Positions 1-13,875 are shown, counted from the first letter of the stretch. The stretch: 32,000 nucleotides of DNA from Wallemia ichthyophaga EXF-994 (GCF_000400465.1 NW_008806276.1:538614-570613); one strand, 5' to 3'. Numbers and translations are program-made. The notes: generated by a model not told the origin, from the letters alone.

Positions 1-383
1 TACAAGACAGTGCAACTCTTTTAGAATTAGAAGAGTATCTGCTAAGGCGTAAGCTCTTTACTAGTCCTGAGAAGCTCAGCTTTTGCGCCAGATTCAGTCT
101 CAGTAGTGAAAACGTAGATAGAATTCTCAAACAAAAACTGAATTCAGCGCGTATATTACAATGAAATAGTCGTGACTTTTTCGATATCAGTGTTGAGAAT
201 ACTGAGAGCTTGGTGTTTCTACCGACAATCCAAGCACAGCTAGATACCACGGTGTGTGATGGGATATGGTACACTCAACGCACACTACTCACATGAAGAC
301 AGCTAAAGCGATCCAACATGTGCAATGAAGATGGATATGAAGGTAAAAAGTACACATTCAATCGCCAACATTGTAAAAAATAG
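1..383 (+). CDS. Possible 3' end of a multi-exon gene entering from the left edge; exon structure and product unresolved
   Basis: Short open stretches (e.g. QDSATLLELEEYLLRR from position 3) are separated by intron-like GTAAGC/GTATAT/GTGTGT...AG segments. I could not assemble one unambiguous spliced frame. Confidence 0.25.
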
Positions 384-474
384 AGATGGAGAGAAATACT
401 CAAATCTGCGTCTTGTCAATGGGTATACAAATAAGTTAGGGATCAGGTCATTAATATCAACTCAGTGTACTTGG

Positions 475-2423
475 TTATGCATATTCACTTTGAACCAATT
501 CAACTGCTCTGTCTATGCATTCGTCAACTGTCCACTTTGGTTCTCTCCTCGACAATTTGAGACTAAGAAGATCCCCAACTTCGTCGCACGCGCGTAACAA
601 TTCGTCGATATCCCCCTTGGTGTGTGAAGACGAAAGACAGAATCTCACTCTACCACTGGTCAATGGTGTGGCTGGGTAAGCGACGACTACAACAACGATA
701 GAAGCAGCACCCGGTGTGAGTCTGTCCATCATTGTTCTTGAGAAGAGCGGTAGTTTTGCTGGGTTGAATATAAACAACGGCACTATTGGCGAATCCCTTG
801 AACCAGACATGATGAATCCCATCTTGCGCAGTGCTGATGATAAATAACGAGCGTTAAACGCCAGTCTTCTCAATCTATCTTTGCCTTCTGTACCATCCAG
901 TAGATCTCTTGGAAGGGTCATCCAATGCGGCAAAGTGTTGTGAGTGACTGGACCTGGATGTGTGTCCTCACTTATATGTTCACCACCTTCGACAAACTCT
1001 TTGACGCCTGTGATGGAAGCGAGCGAACTGATAATCTGGGTGAGTACAGGCGGAGACATGGATTCAGCATAAGTCATTCCATGACTCCTCTGTCTGATTC
1101 TATTCACCAAATCTTGATCACCTGCGATATAACCACCAGCAGCACCAAATGACTTTGTAACTGTACCCATAAGTATATCAATCAAGCGAGGATTTATTCC
1201 AAAGTAGTCACACACACCTCTACCGTGTGGACCGATAGCACCAATTGAGTGAGCTTCATCGATATAGAGGTAGAATTTGTACTTGTTCTTCATTTCCATA
1301 ATTGCTGGAAGATTGACTAGTGTACCTTCCATTGAGTACAACCCTTCTACAATTAGCAATATCTTCTTCCATGGACGGTGTGTGCGAGGTTGGCCTTGGG
1401 AGATGGTCTCTCTAAGTAAATTCTCGAGGTCTTTCATGTCGTTGTGTTTGTACTGTCTTACACTGGCACCAGACAGACGCACACCGAATCTAATTGAGCT
1501 GTGGTTGAGTTCATCACTAATGACTAAACAGCCTTTATTAACGAGTGCAGGGATAGTAGTTGAGTTCGTAGCGAAACCCATTGATATCAGCATAGCGTCC
1601 TGGGTGCCCAGGAATTTAGCCACCAGCTTCTCCGCATGATGGTGTAAATCGAGTGTACCACCTTCAAGACGAGGACCACCAGCAGAAATGCCGTACCTCG
1701 AAATGCAGTCTTCAACAGCATCTGCGCAGCCGCCTCTAGCTTGGGCGAAACCAAGGTAATTGTATGATGAGACGTTGAGGCATCTTGTGTTGGACCCCGA
1801 GTAGAAGTAGGTGTTGTTGTAATCATCCGAGTCTCTATCGAGTGTGAGTATCGTACGACCAGGCACGCCTGAGTGGAGGGTGAGAGGAGGTAGGTCCAAA
1901 TAAAGCCAGACTAACCAGTCGTTGGTCTACTAAAGCAGTCATCGATACGCAACTTAAGCCTACGCGTATAGAAGCTATCGAAATCGGATAAAAGAGCAGC
2001 GTAACCATTATTAGGCATGAGATGCTTGTAATGCTTATTGAACATGCGTTTACCAAAGAAATCCCTCATATGGCCAATAACGATGAGTAAGACGAAGCTT
2101 ACGTACGTAGATATCAATATGTAATAACTGGGATCCTCTACTTCTGCGATTGTGGAGTCTTCGTTGGTATTGTGACTGCTTATAAATCGAAAGTCGTCGT
2201 TGTTGCAGATACCGTACTCGTCGTGGCTAAGTTGAGATTTCGTGGGCACTTCCAACTTATTCTGGAGATATGATCTTGCGTCGGGTAGATTGTCTGCGGA
2301 TGTCGTTGAGAGAGATGGCATCGATGGTCGCGGATAAAGGAACGTGGATTTCGCGTTTACATTTCCAGCTGGGGACTTTTCTAGCTGCGTACTCCTCAGC
2401 CTATTTGAACTATTTACTTGCAT
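475..2423 (-). CDS. LCB2: Serine palmitoyltransferase subunit 2 (PLP-dependent, sphingolipid synthesis); 2 exons
   Basis: Motifs FDSFYTRRLK, SYNYLGFA, SDELNHSSI, DEAHSIGA, GTVTKSFG (PLP lysine). Intron 1869-1915 (GTTAGT...CTCAG) joins RPTTG to VPGRT. The first true ATG is at 2423 (MQVNSS); the ORF track starts at an upstream TTG. Confidence 0.95.
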
Positions 2424-3099
2424 TTTTTGTTTTTTTAGATAATGAGTGTTCAGGACACTGATGTGCGCAGGGCGCTGAGCGAGGGTAGTTTGCGCCAATC
2501 AAATCTTAAAATTCATATTTTCGGGATGCAGTTGTGTGGCGAGTATACACAGCAGTCTGCTATATCGCTCTGCTCGGCCGCACTCGGCTTTTTTAATCGC
2601 ACGTATCCATTCCATTGACGCCGAAAGCAACTCAAACGAGGCATATTAATTCCTCCGTGTAAAAATATAATTCTCATATATTTGCACATACTCTGTATAC
2701 TGAATTAATTTTATCCATTTTTTTCAAGCCGTTTGCAGTATGTTTGAGGTGTATCGTGCGTATTTAGAGTTCGTGTTTAGAGTATTTTTGGAGTGCATTG
2801 AGTGTCGTTACATACAAATGTAGCTAAGTCTTACTCATGGTGCTCTTATCTCTGGTAAAGGACATGAAAATTTTCCAAAAGAAATAAGCTGAGAGCAAGT
2901 GGAAATCTGCTACGTTGGAGATGTAGCAACATTTATTACAGTCCCTCCTCATTATCGACTCTCAAAATATTAGGATAACCCAGGCTCTCCCAGATTCGTC
3001 ACTTTTTCACACACAGCGGCGATACGATGGAAAATCAAGACAGCTACAAAGACCCATTTGAAGTGAGTTCGTAGAAATTTCACGTTTATTTCAGCTCAA

Positions 3100-5362
3100 A
3101 TGCCAAAAAAGGACGCCAAAAGTCCCTTTCCTGGCCACCCAGGTGAATCTGTCGAGAGATCGGCACCAAGCAAGGGCAAGGGAGATGTGTTGCAGCCAAG
3201 CAACCAGAAGATGCAGCCGAATGATACCGATGAGCTTATCGTGAAAATGATCAAGAAATCTTCATCAACCGCTGAGAGGCTCAAACAACTCGATGGATTG
3301 CTTAAAATGGTTAGCGGTGTATATCCCAGCTGAGCTACATTCTTAACTCACTAACCACCCAGGCAATTGAGAAAATCCTGCTCGAGAAAGTCGACAACGA
3401 CGCTTCGATGCGTGAAATGCTCGATCCGTTGACAACCCAGATGAACATAGAGTTGGATGCATTCGAAGCGCGTATAAATAACAACGACGAATTGAAAGAG
3501 CTCATCGTGGCAACAAAGATACGCGATGCCGATAACGAGGATCTTTCCTCGGATGAAAGTAAGCTGCTCGAGAACCTTAACTCGGTGGGTGTGCTCTGTG
3601 CGCTGTGCACCAACATCCACTCACGAACCCAATCAAATAGATCCGCGAAGAGTATGGAGGTAACGTTAGACGCGCTCAGAATATCATCAACACTGCCACC
3701 AAGCAGCGTGAAGAAGCCGAGGCTAAAGTGGCCGCAGAGGAGGCTGAGCGCATTGAACGCGTTAACGAGACGATAAATCAAGTTATCACGCTTAATAAGC
3801 AGCTCACGCCTCTCATAAATCTTGCAAAATCTACCGTGAAAGCCACTACCCACGAGAAGGAATCGATCATTACTCAACTTTCATCACTTGTAGAACAGGC
3901 TGAGATTATCGTAGATGATGCTAAGTGGCTGGATGATAAGGAAGAGCACTACTACAAGGCTACGATTGAGTTAAGGTTTGTTGTTTGTTAATTTTAAGTG
4001 CGACAAAAGTAACACAAATGGATAGTCGCAGTAACGCAGCAAACCGCTCAGCAACACCTGAAGACTACAGATTAATCGATGAGTTAAAGAAGCTAGAGCA
4101 GCTTTTGAATGTTGAGTTGGTTGATATTCGCAAGGCAATTGAAAATTTGAGCGGTGAACTCAACCAACAAGTCCAAGAAGCTGAAGAGACTGAAAAGACT
4201 TTAGTAAGCTCCATTCACGAACTTTGCAATACAGTAGATCGCACCAGATATCGCATCCGTCCAATACTCCGCATGATGAAAGATGTAATTGACGAGAACG
4301 AATCGAAGAAGGAAGTCGATATTAAAGAGCTCAACGATCGCTTGAGACCCTTGATAAACCAATCTCTTGGACTACATGAGAGTGCCCTTGCTGAAATACG
4401 CCAATTTGATCCAAAGAAGGAGCTAGAAAAGGCTTCATTGGCGCGAGTTGCCGTTGGACAGGGCACCACTGACGATGTCCGTCTGAGTGATGGAATTAAA
4501 GATGTATTTAGCGCGCAAAAATCTATTCTCAAACTAACAACGCGTATTAGATTGAATCACAGCCTTTACAAATCGAAGAAGCTAAAAAATTCCTTAAACA
4601 TCACGAACGCATCCAGGATGAAGCTGATGCATTGAAAGATGAGGAACAGAAAAAGATCGAGTGGCTGATCAACGAGTTGTCAGATATAGTTGAGACGGGA
4701 TGGTCGAGAATTAAGCCATTGTGCGACATGATCGACGATGCTATCAACACAGCAAGTCAAATACCAGACGAAGAGATGGATGAACAGAAGCAGAAAGCGC
4801 TATCTGATAAAGTTATACCGCTTTGCGAACAAGCTCAAGCCATCCTCTACGAAACTCAAGGACAGGTTGAAGGTTTTGATAGACACGCTCAAATTCTCAA
4901 ACTCGCTAAGCAGCACGTTGAGTCTAATGAAGCATCTGCTGAAGAGAACAGACTGGCAGAGAAGCTGACCGAGGTTTGTTTGGTGTATAAAGCAGCACGC
5001 TTTCCTAACGTAACGCGATCACAGCTCACTGAAACTGTCGCGAGAACTATCGAGAATGCCAAATCCAAATTAGCCAACATGCAATATGCCAAGAGAGACA
5101 TACTGCCAATATTAGGGTTGCTTTCGAGTGGGTTGAGTTAATGTTTGTTGTGCGACTCACTAAACCAACACTACTAGATCCGATCACACAGATTTTAGGT
5201 GCTGTTGGGTTATTACTCACAGGTGTACTCAACCTGGTCGGCACCCTCCTCAGTGGACTGGGACTGGGTGGAGTAGTCAATGGTATTCTGCGCGGTCTGA
5301 GACTCGACAAGATACTGTATTCAGTTACGGGCATCAAGCTTGACAGCTTGCGTCTTAAGTGA
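3100..5362 (+). CDS. Large helical fungal protein with about four tandem DUF6987-like repeats and a Gly/Leu-rich hydrophobic C-terminus; 7 exons
   Basis: Introns 3310-3362, 3585-3640, 3976-4025, 4504-4550, 4974-5024 and 5128-5177 join the ORF fragments in frame. The last repeat (SRIKPLCDMIDDAI...EENRLAEKLTE...AKRDILPILGLLSNPITQILGAVGLLLTGVLNLVG) resembles my recollection of the DUF6987 domain. Start codon uncertain. Confidence 0.7.
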
Positions 5363-5495
5363 GTATGACAGTCCAAAGCTAAGGCTACTGCTACTAATAT
5401 TACTACTATAATTATTATATCAAGTGAAAACACAAAAACCAATTAAGTAACGATATATTTCTCCTTTGTTATGATATCTATCGATCAAGTAAAGA

Positions 5496-6842
5496 TTACG
5501 ATTTGATTTGAGTTGATTTATACCACTGAGGAGATTGTTAGAGGTGTGTTTTTGAGTGACGCCGTTCACTCACATCCAACGTATTTTGAATACCCTCTTC
5601 AAGACCAACAACAGGCTCATAGCCGAGTACGCGGCGGGCTTTCTCAATGTTGAAAAATCTGTATGAGGATGCGTAATTAACTCTATATCTGGTGAAACCA
5701 GCCTCACGACCGCTAAACCAAGCGAAAACTTCAGCGGCAGCGCCTAGGAAGTAACCGAGGGATGAGGAGAAGACGGTGGGCTGAGGAGGGATATGACCAA
5801 TACCTTTCCAAACCGCTCTTGGGAAATCCCAGAAATAGATGGGTTCACCGTTTGTGATGAAGAAGGCATTACCTGATACTTTAAGTGCGGAAGCAATTTC
5901 TGGCTTGGATGGATCGATAAATTGGTCGAATTTAGTTCTAACTAGTGGCTTGGATTCTTTTACGCCCTTGTTGTACATTAATGCACTCTGTTTCTCATCT
6001 CCAGTAACATCTCTTGTTGGGTGAGGGCCGACGTTTCTTGATCTGGATGTAGGTACTTTGATGTCATTCTGCGTAGGATCAACAAAACCGATGTTCTCCG
6101 TGAAAATACTAGGATCGACTGGTGCGTTGAAGAGTTTTTCAGCAGCGAGGAGGTGAGCGTGTACGACATTATGCACATAAGTCCAATCGAAGAGATTTTC
6201 GTTGTTACCGATTTGGTACTTGGTTTGGTTGTTCTCGACGACCTTTATTAGACCAGCGAGGACTTGTCTATCTCCCGGGCCGAAAATACCGGCAGGTCTG
6301 ATAGCGCAAGTGCGCATGGCACCTTCATCGTCATTGTTGGCGTTGAGAACGAGTTTCTCGGCATCCGCTTTGGTCTGGTTATAAGCATCCATAGCTTTGG
6401 TTGGATATGGGCAGCGTTCATCGACATCGATCAGGTCACCGCCGTCATATACGGTGCCTGCGGAAGAGGTGAAGATAAATTTACGTACGTTGTTTGTGCG
6501 TGAGGCTTCGAGAAGGTTAGCAGTACCATCAACGTTCACGGCTTGGTAGATATCCTGGCTGAGGCCGTGGATGGGTGATGCAGTGTGTATAACGCAGCTA
6601 GGCTTGAGCTTGGCAATGAGGGCGTGTAGAGCATCCTTGTCGGTGAGATCTGCACTATGAAATTCAATTGCGTTTGAATGCCTCTGTACTAAATCCGTAA
6701 CGAAAACTGTGTCGCCGCGTTTGTGCAGTGTTTCTGCAATGTGATTGCCAAGGAATCCTGATCCACCAACAACGAGATAAGAATCCTGCGGTTTGTGAGT
6801 ATTTGTGTCGTTTCTCATCACGTGTTCTCGTACCTTGATCAT
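5496..6842 (-). CDS. ERG26: C-3 sterol dehydrogenase (3-beta-HSD/NSDHL family); 3 exons
   Basis: Motifs GGSGFLG, HTASP, TSSAG, YNQTK (YxxxK), IRPAGIFGPGD, FDWTYV, FFITNGEP. Introns 6786-6833 (in frame, MIK|DSYLVVG) and 5526-5573 (NTLD|WYKSTQIKS*). Confidence 0.93.
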
Positions 6843-6920
6843 GGCTGATGTGATATAAGGAGGAATCCAAACGAAATGAAGAAAATCAGATAAATCAAAT
6901 AAAATTTAAAATCGTTTCAT

Positions 6921-7453
6921 TTATTCTTCATCCTCCTCATCTCCAACGACTGGAACACTCTTCTTGCGGGCGACGAGCAGTTCATTCTGGATATGAGGCA
7001 GGCGACCACCTTCCATAATATCCACATGGGCCAGCAGCTTATCGATCTCCTCATCGTTTCTAATAGCCAGTTGGAGATGGCGTGGTGTTATACGCTGTCT
7101 CTTGTTATCGATGCACGCGTTCCCCGCCAGTTCGAGTAATTCTGCGGTGAGGTACTCCATAACAGCAGCCATGTAGACTGTATATGGTTTTAATTAGTGA
7201 TGCGTATTCGCTGAATTCACCTTGAAACTCACCCGCCGCTCCTTGACCGATACGCTGAGCGTAGTGTCCCTGTCGCAGATTCTTCTCAATTCTACCAACA
7301 GGGAATATTAGTCCTATGTGTAGCGTGAAGTTGCTGCACTGCAAATACTGCAATTCGTTACCCACCTGCACGCGCGGACCTTGAGTGCTTTTTGATTTCC
7401 TCTGGATGAGTCTTGCCTTTGCCACCTTTGTTTCTGGTGCTGGTACTAGCCAT
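6921..7453 (-). CDS. Divergent histone H2A variant, 141 aa, with acidic C-terminal tail; 3 exons
   Basis: Introns 7314-7365 and 7178-7232 give [14 protein letters not shown]...[77 protein letters not shown]...VGDEEDEE*. The H2A histone fold is unmistakable. Confidence 0.92.
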
Positions 7454-7816
7454 TTCGTATACTGCTTATGTACTGATGGTGTTTTACCAACTCACGCAAG
7501 TTGCTAACTGATTAATCCTTTCTCAATCGTACGCCCAACTGAGACAATCAGGCCGAGTGTTTGTCGTGGGTTGAGTGGCAGCGGGAATTAGTTTATACAA
7601 ATCTAGTACCGCATTTATTGTTTAGCTACCACACTCTCCACGATATACCAATTGGAGGTGAAAATATTCACCAACCCACACATGTAATAATGCACGTTAT
7701 TAGATTGTGCTCTAATCACATAAACTATACATCACACACACTCCCTAAACAACCAATTTTCACAATATCAAACCTCTACACTGTCTTCTTTGACGTCACG
7801 TCAACCAAACAAGCCA

Positions 7817-9182
<1,366 letters not shown>

Positions 9183-9249
9183 AATGGGGTAGATTGATCG
9201 ATGTAATAAATAAATAGGGTTTATACCTCTCGTTTTAATTAAAATCACA

Positions 9250-10663
9250 CTAAGTCGGTAGTGATAGAGTACTAGAGTTACTATTGCTGGTACTCGCACT
9301 TCCCGTCCCACCTGGCAACCGTCTCTTGACAAACTCGCGCACAATTTGATGACCTTGGAGTGTAACAAAGAAGAGACGCTTAGAATCATTAGACCAGAGT
9401 ACGCAATCGTATGAGTTTGCATAATTGAGCAATATCTCATAATCAGGTTGCGATCTGAAATCCTCGTAAAGTACACCGTCATCAGCTTTAAGTCTGTTCT
9501 TCTCTAATTCCCACAAACGTATTTGGTCAGATACAGTAACTGGCAGCAGTGGGTTGTTTCTATACATTTGCGAATGAGCGTGTGAGGATAAGTAGCCAAT
9601 GATCTGCGTTGCTTCATTAGTGAATACTATCAAACACTCTAACTAAACCCACTTGCTCAGCCGTTATGCCATTGCTCAACGCACTTCTGATACTATCCCT
9701 AGTAATTACACCGATGACTAGATTCGGGTAGCGTGCTTTAAGAGTGACGAACAAGTTGAGAATAGAAATTTGCAGTGGATTGCTGGTATATGCGTATAGT
9801 CTGTAGTTAGTTTCCAAAACAATGAACCGTTTGTTATTGGATGCAGATGTAAATGAAGAGGATGAGTTTGTAGGTAGGAGTGGTGGAGCAGACGAAGTTA
9901 ACGATGTAGCTAGTCTAGTTGGATAAAAACGTTTTGAAGAGTTCTTGCGCTGCCAGATTAAACCATAATCGCGTAAATCTGATAACATGGCTTGTTGAGT
10001 TATTGTGAGTGAATCAATTGAGTAATCTTTGCCTAATTCAAGTGTACCGAGGATAAAGAGAAACGAAGTAACTTCGACAAGATCCATTTGCCTTATTTGA
10101 GATAGAGATAAATATTGTAAGAGCAGCTGCCATAACTGAAATTGAACGTCTTGCAAGAGGAATTGGAAGCCATTTGAGGTGATGTTGTGCGAGCTTTTGG
10201 ATGAATTGATGAGATTTGAGTTTTCAAGTAGAAAGAGAACACCCTTCGAAGGTGTGTGGGTGTAATTGCCGACCATGAAATGTAGAATAATCTCCCATTG
10301 ATGAGTAGCGAATGAATCTAACTGATCAATGCTTGTAGAAATGGATTTTGATATACTTTCTATATGTTTGCCCGTGAGTAAGCTACTCAATGAGCTTGTG
10401 AATGACTCGTTTAGCTGTATGGCATTCTGATCCAGCTGTATGATATTCAAATCCATCAACAAAGACAAATCAATATCTTTGAATAACAATTGTACAGCAT
10501 TTCTATCTATGGAATGATTATTGAATAACAAATTACTTATAAACTGCTTCTGGGTTTCGTCCAGTAATCTGAATATAGTCAAGCTGCTTGAATTATTCAA
10601 GTATAGTTTATTTAGATTCAATTTCGATAATGTTTTAAGATAATTTATTATAAGTATCTTCAT
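9250..10663 (-). CDS. TFB2: TFIIH core subunit Tfb2/p52; 2 exons
   Basis: Motifs WEIILHFMVG, ITSNGFQFLLQD, FYPTRLA, FIVLETNYRLYAYT, GITAEQII, DQIRLWELEKNR. Intron 9604-9652. Confidence 0.93.
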
Positions 10664-10733
10664 TTGAAATTTTCAAGCACCTTTCAGCTTAATTGATTTG
10701 GTGGTTGGTCTTAACGAGGTACACATAAGGCTA

Positions 10734-12271
10734 ATGGCATCATCAGTTATCAAACTTAACCCATCGAGCACAAACAACTTGAAAGTTTTATACAATTCTC
10801 CACTTGAAATTATAAACTCAATTGCATCCACCACTCCTACCTCTGTAAAGAGCGCGACAGCGAACTCAATCAAGGAGTTGAAGAAGCAAGATGACATTCA
10901 ATCAGCCCAAGTTGACGCTACAAATTACCCACATCACGCTGCTATCGGCGCTCACCTCGCTAACTTCTCTTACTCTCTCAAATCCGCAAATGTCAAACAT
11001 CCAATCAACATTTCCCCCTTACAACAACAACAATCATCTTATAACACCTCTCTCAACTGGCACACGGGTGAGATTTACGCCTACGCTCAAAACTTAGCAA
11101 GGGAACTGATGGAGATGCCTCCAAACTATTGCACCCCTACTTACTTCACTGAGAGAGCAAAGAAGGAATTTTCTGGGCTGGATAACATTGACTTGCAAAT
11201 ATTTGATAAAGAGTGGGCTGAGTCTATGAAAATGAACTCGTTCCTTAGCGTCGCTCAAGGTTCCGATGAACCTTGCAAATTTCTTCAAATCAAGTACAAT
11301 GGTGCTCCCGACTCAAACGAGAAACCTTTAGCCTTAGTTGGTAAGGGTATAACTATGGATACTGGTGGTATATCCCTCAAGGCTGGTGCATCTAGTAAGT
11401 GAGACATTGTGAAATACTGAAACACCTCCTAACACTAAACCCAGTGGATCTCATGAGAGGTAGGTCACTCTGAAGATATAAATATGCTTCCATCTAATAA
11501 AATCAGGTGACTGTGGTGGTGCATGTACTCTCCTCGCTACCACTCAAGCAATCGCAAAACTCAAGCTGCCAATAAACGTCATCTTCGTTGCTCCTCTTAC
11601 TGAAAACATGCCATCCGGTAAAGCTACCAAACCTGGCGATATTATCACTTCAATGTCAGGAAAGACTATCAATGTCTTGAACACAGACGCAGAAGGTAGA
11701 TTGGTTTTAGCAGATGCATTATACTATATATCAACTAAGCATGATCCACACACCATTATTGACTGTGCTACACTCACAGGTGCGATGGTTATAGCATTAG
11801 GTGGGTTTTTCGTAGATTGAAAGAGTATCTAACTTTGATGTAAAGGTGAGGCATACTCAGGTGTTTTCTCCACTTCAGACGACCTTTGGAACTCCCTCAA
11901 TCAAGCTGGCTTAGATGAAGATGACAAAATGTGGAGAATGCCTTTCGATGATTTCTACCTCAAGCAAATTAACCACACTGCTGCAGATCTCGCTAACACT
12001 GGCGGAAGACCAGGTGGGGCGTGTACGGCTGCCATCTTTTTGAAGCAATTTGTTGAAGGCATTGAAGATAGTCAAGGCAAAGAGGCTGTGAGGTCGTATG
12101 CACACATTGATATAGCGGGATCTATGGAGTGTACCAAACCTGATGGTGAGAACGCTATCAATGACGCTTACAAATACTCTAACAATGAACGCAGGTCCTA
12201 ATGTCAAGGGAATGTCTGGAAGACCTACAAGAACTATAATCGAGTACGCCAGACAATTGGCAGCCAAGTAA
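10734..12271 (+). CDS. M17 cytosol/leucine aminopeptidase; 5 exons
   Basis: Metal-site motifs [15 protein letters not shown] and [14 protein letters not shown]; also [22 protein letters not shown]. Four short GT-AG introns near 11396, 11460, 11801 and 12145. Start ATG inferred. Confidence 0.92.
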
Positions 12272-12351
12272 ATTAAACTGAGTGAAAGATATAAAACACG
12301 TGTATGAATCTTTGTTTGAATTTATCTCCTTGTTCACGCACTGCGATCAGG

Positions 12352-13782
12352 ATGAGCACGCCGATAAGGAAACCATCGCCGCTAAATCCATACAACGTCA
12401 CACCTTCCAAGCCACGCTATTCTACGCCTCTCAAAACGCCATTGACCAGATTCGCTGGTGGTGTTGGTGCATCTAGCCCGGCTAGCACAGCGAGCACCCC
12501 GATGAGCAGCCCAACAAATAGCACACCAAAGCGGAAGAGATTTATCAGGAAACAACCGCTTAAAGATCGGTCTGTTGGCTTTTATAAGGCTGGCACCGCC
12601 TCTAACACACATTAGCATTCTGCAATGGCCATCAAATACACTACTCAAGTTGTACATGGATTGGGATGTAGCTCATATGATTGACTCTCCAAAGGTCGCC
12701 AGACCTCTCGGTTTACTCCTCCACTTACTCTCTTTCCTCGTGAAATATGCCTCAATAACCAAACAGCAGAAACAATCTGTGCTGAAAAAAGGCACCTCAG
12801 CTGCTTATCGTGCATCGGCTTTGAGAAAATCTAAGATGACAGTTCCGTGGGTGAGTTGTGTGGGGGTTGCTTGGCAGTCTTAGTTTGTTAATGCAAAACC
12901 AGGCGCCTGTTCTGGCAGTAATCCTTCTCTCTGCCACTGCAATCAATACTTATACCCTATTTACTAAATACAGGGCTTATAGGATGTTCATGCGTAGAGT
13001 GAGTGCAAGTGCGAGTAGAAATGAAACACCTTTCTAACAAGAAAGACAAATAGGACCCACTTTCATCACCAAACGCTCGTAAAGTTCAACTTGATCTTAA
13101 TTTAGACCAGAGTCGCGAAGGAACGCCTGAAATTGAGCGTAGGAAGACAGTTGGCGACTCGTTGGTAATGGTCGTCGGTTTTGTGTGGAAATACTTTATG
13201 TGAGTGGGAAGTGTCGATTGTCGACACAGCCTCACCCTAATCAGCCTCCTCATATGGAGACCATTACTCATCCTGATCGGTATACCACTCAAGAAGCAGG
13301 ACAAGAATGAAGCGCTGCGAGATGGACAGACGGAGATCTATCAGATAGATATGTGGGATGTGAATGATGGCTCGTTGGCATTATTTGAGTGAGTATTCCA
13401 GTGGGATATAGGTACACTCATTGATGAAAAACAGGATTTACTCTCCAGCACACGCGCTCTGCTGGATATTTCTCAACGCGTCAAATTGGATCTACCTGAT
13501 ATTGATAATGGTCGCGCTTTGGAGTCAAGTGAGGGTTTTTTTGTGATAGATTCTACTCCATCTAACGCGGAGTACCACAGATACATGTCATGGTGGACAA
13601 GTACACGCAGCTACTCAAGGATAAATTAATAGTTCAAGGGGAAGTGATGCATGAGTACAATGAATCGGTGAGTTCTGCGCTTGTTATTGAAACGTGCGCG
13701 GTAATGATAATGCGATACATAGTTTGTCCATCCACGCGTCTTTAAAGCTACGAGGGATGCCAGTGTACAGACGGAAGAATAA
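12352..13782 (+). CDS. Nur1/Mug154 (DUF2418)-like nuclear rim membrane protein; multi-exon
   Basis: The spliced product contains DPLSSPNARKV, IDMWDV...LFEIYSPAHAL, and KDKLIVQGEVMHEYNESFVHPRVFK...RDASVQT*, which I recognise as DUF2418-type motifs. It has predicted hydrophobic segments and an S/T-P-rich N-terminus. Some junctions are approximate. Confidence 0.75.
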
Positions 13783-13827
13783 AGTCAAAGAAACTCTACA
13801 TAATTTTTGCAAAATTGTAAAAAAAAA

Positions 13828-13833
13828 ACGCGT
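13828..13833. promoter_or_regulatory. MCB-like element (ACGCGT) following an A-tract, upstream of RFA1
   Basis: AAAAAAAAAACGCGTAAA lies about 43 bp before the RFA1 ATG, and an ACGCGA abuts the ATG. The hexamer is common elsewhere in the window. Confidence 0.35.
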
Positions 13834-13875
13834 AAATTCACTTAAATCGCATTTCCTTCTTACTTCTCACACGCG

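Noticed and set aside
880-1060. Insertion in LCB2, and a similar one in ERG26 (about 5900-6130), relative to yeast enzymes
   Set aside because: To my recollection comparable insertions are typical of basidiomycete orthologues; useful as a taxonomic hint but not novel.
2739-2750. 12-mer TATGTTTGAGGT shared with 24164-24175 in two intergenic regions
   Set aside because: Many repeated 12-mers are expected by chance in 32 kb, and the similarity does not extend.
3027-3094. Upstream ATG (MENQDSYKDPFE) plus a GTGAGT...TTCAG segment as a possible first exon of the DUF6987-like gene
   Set aside because: The intron would be only 32 nt and splicing puts it out of frame with the main ORF; at most a uORF.
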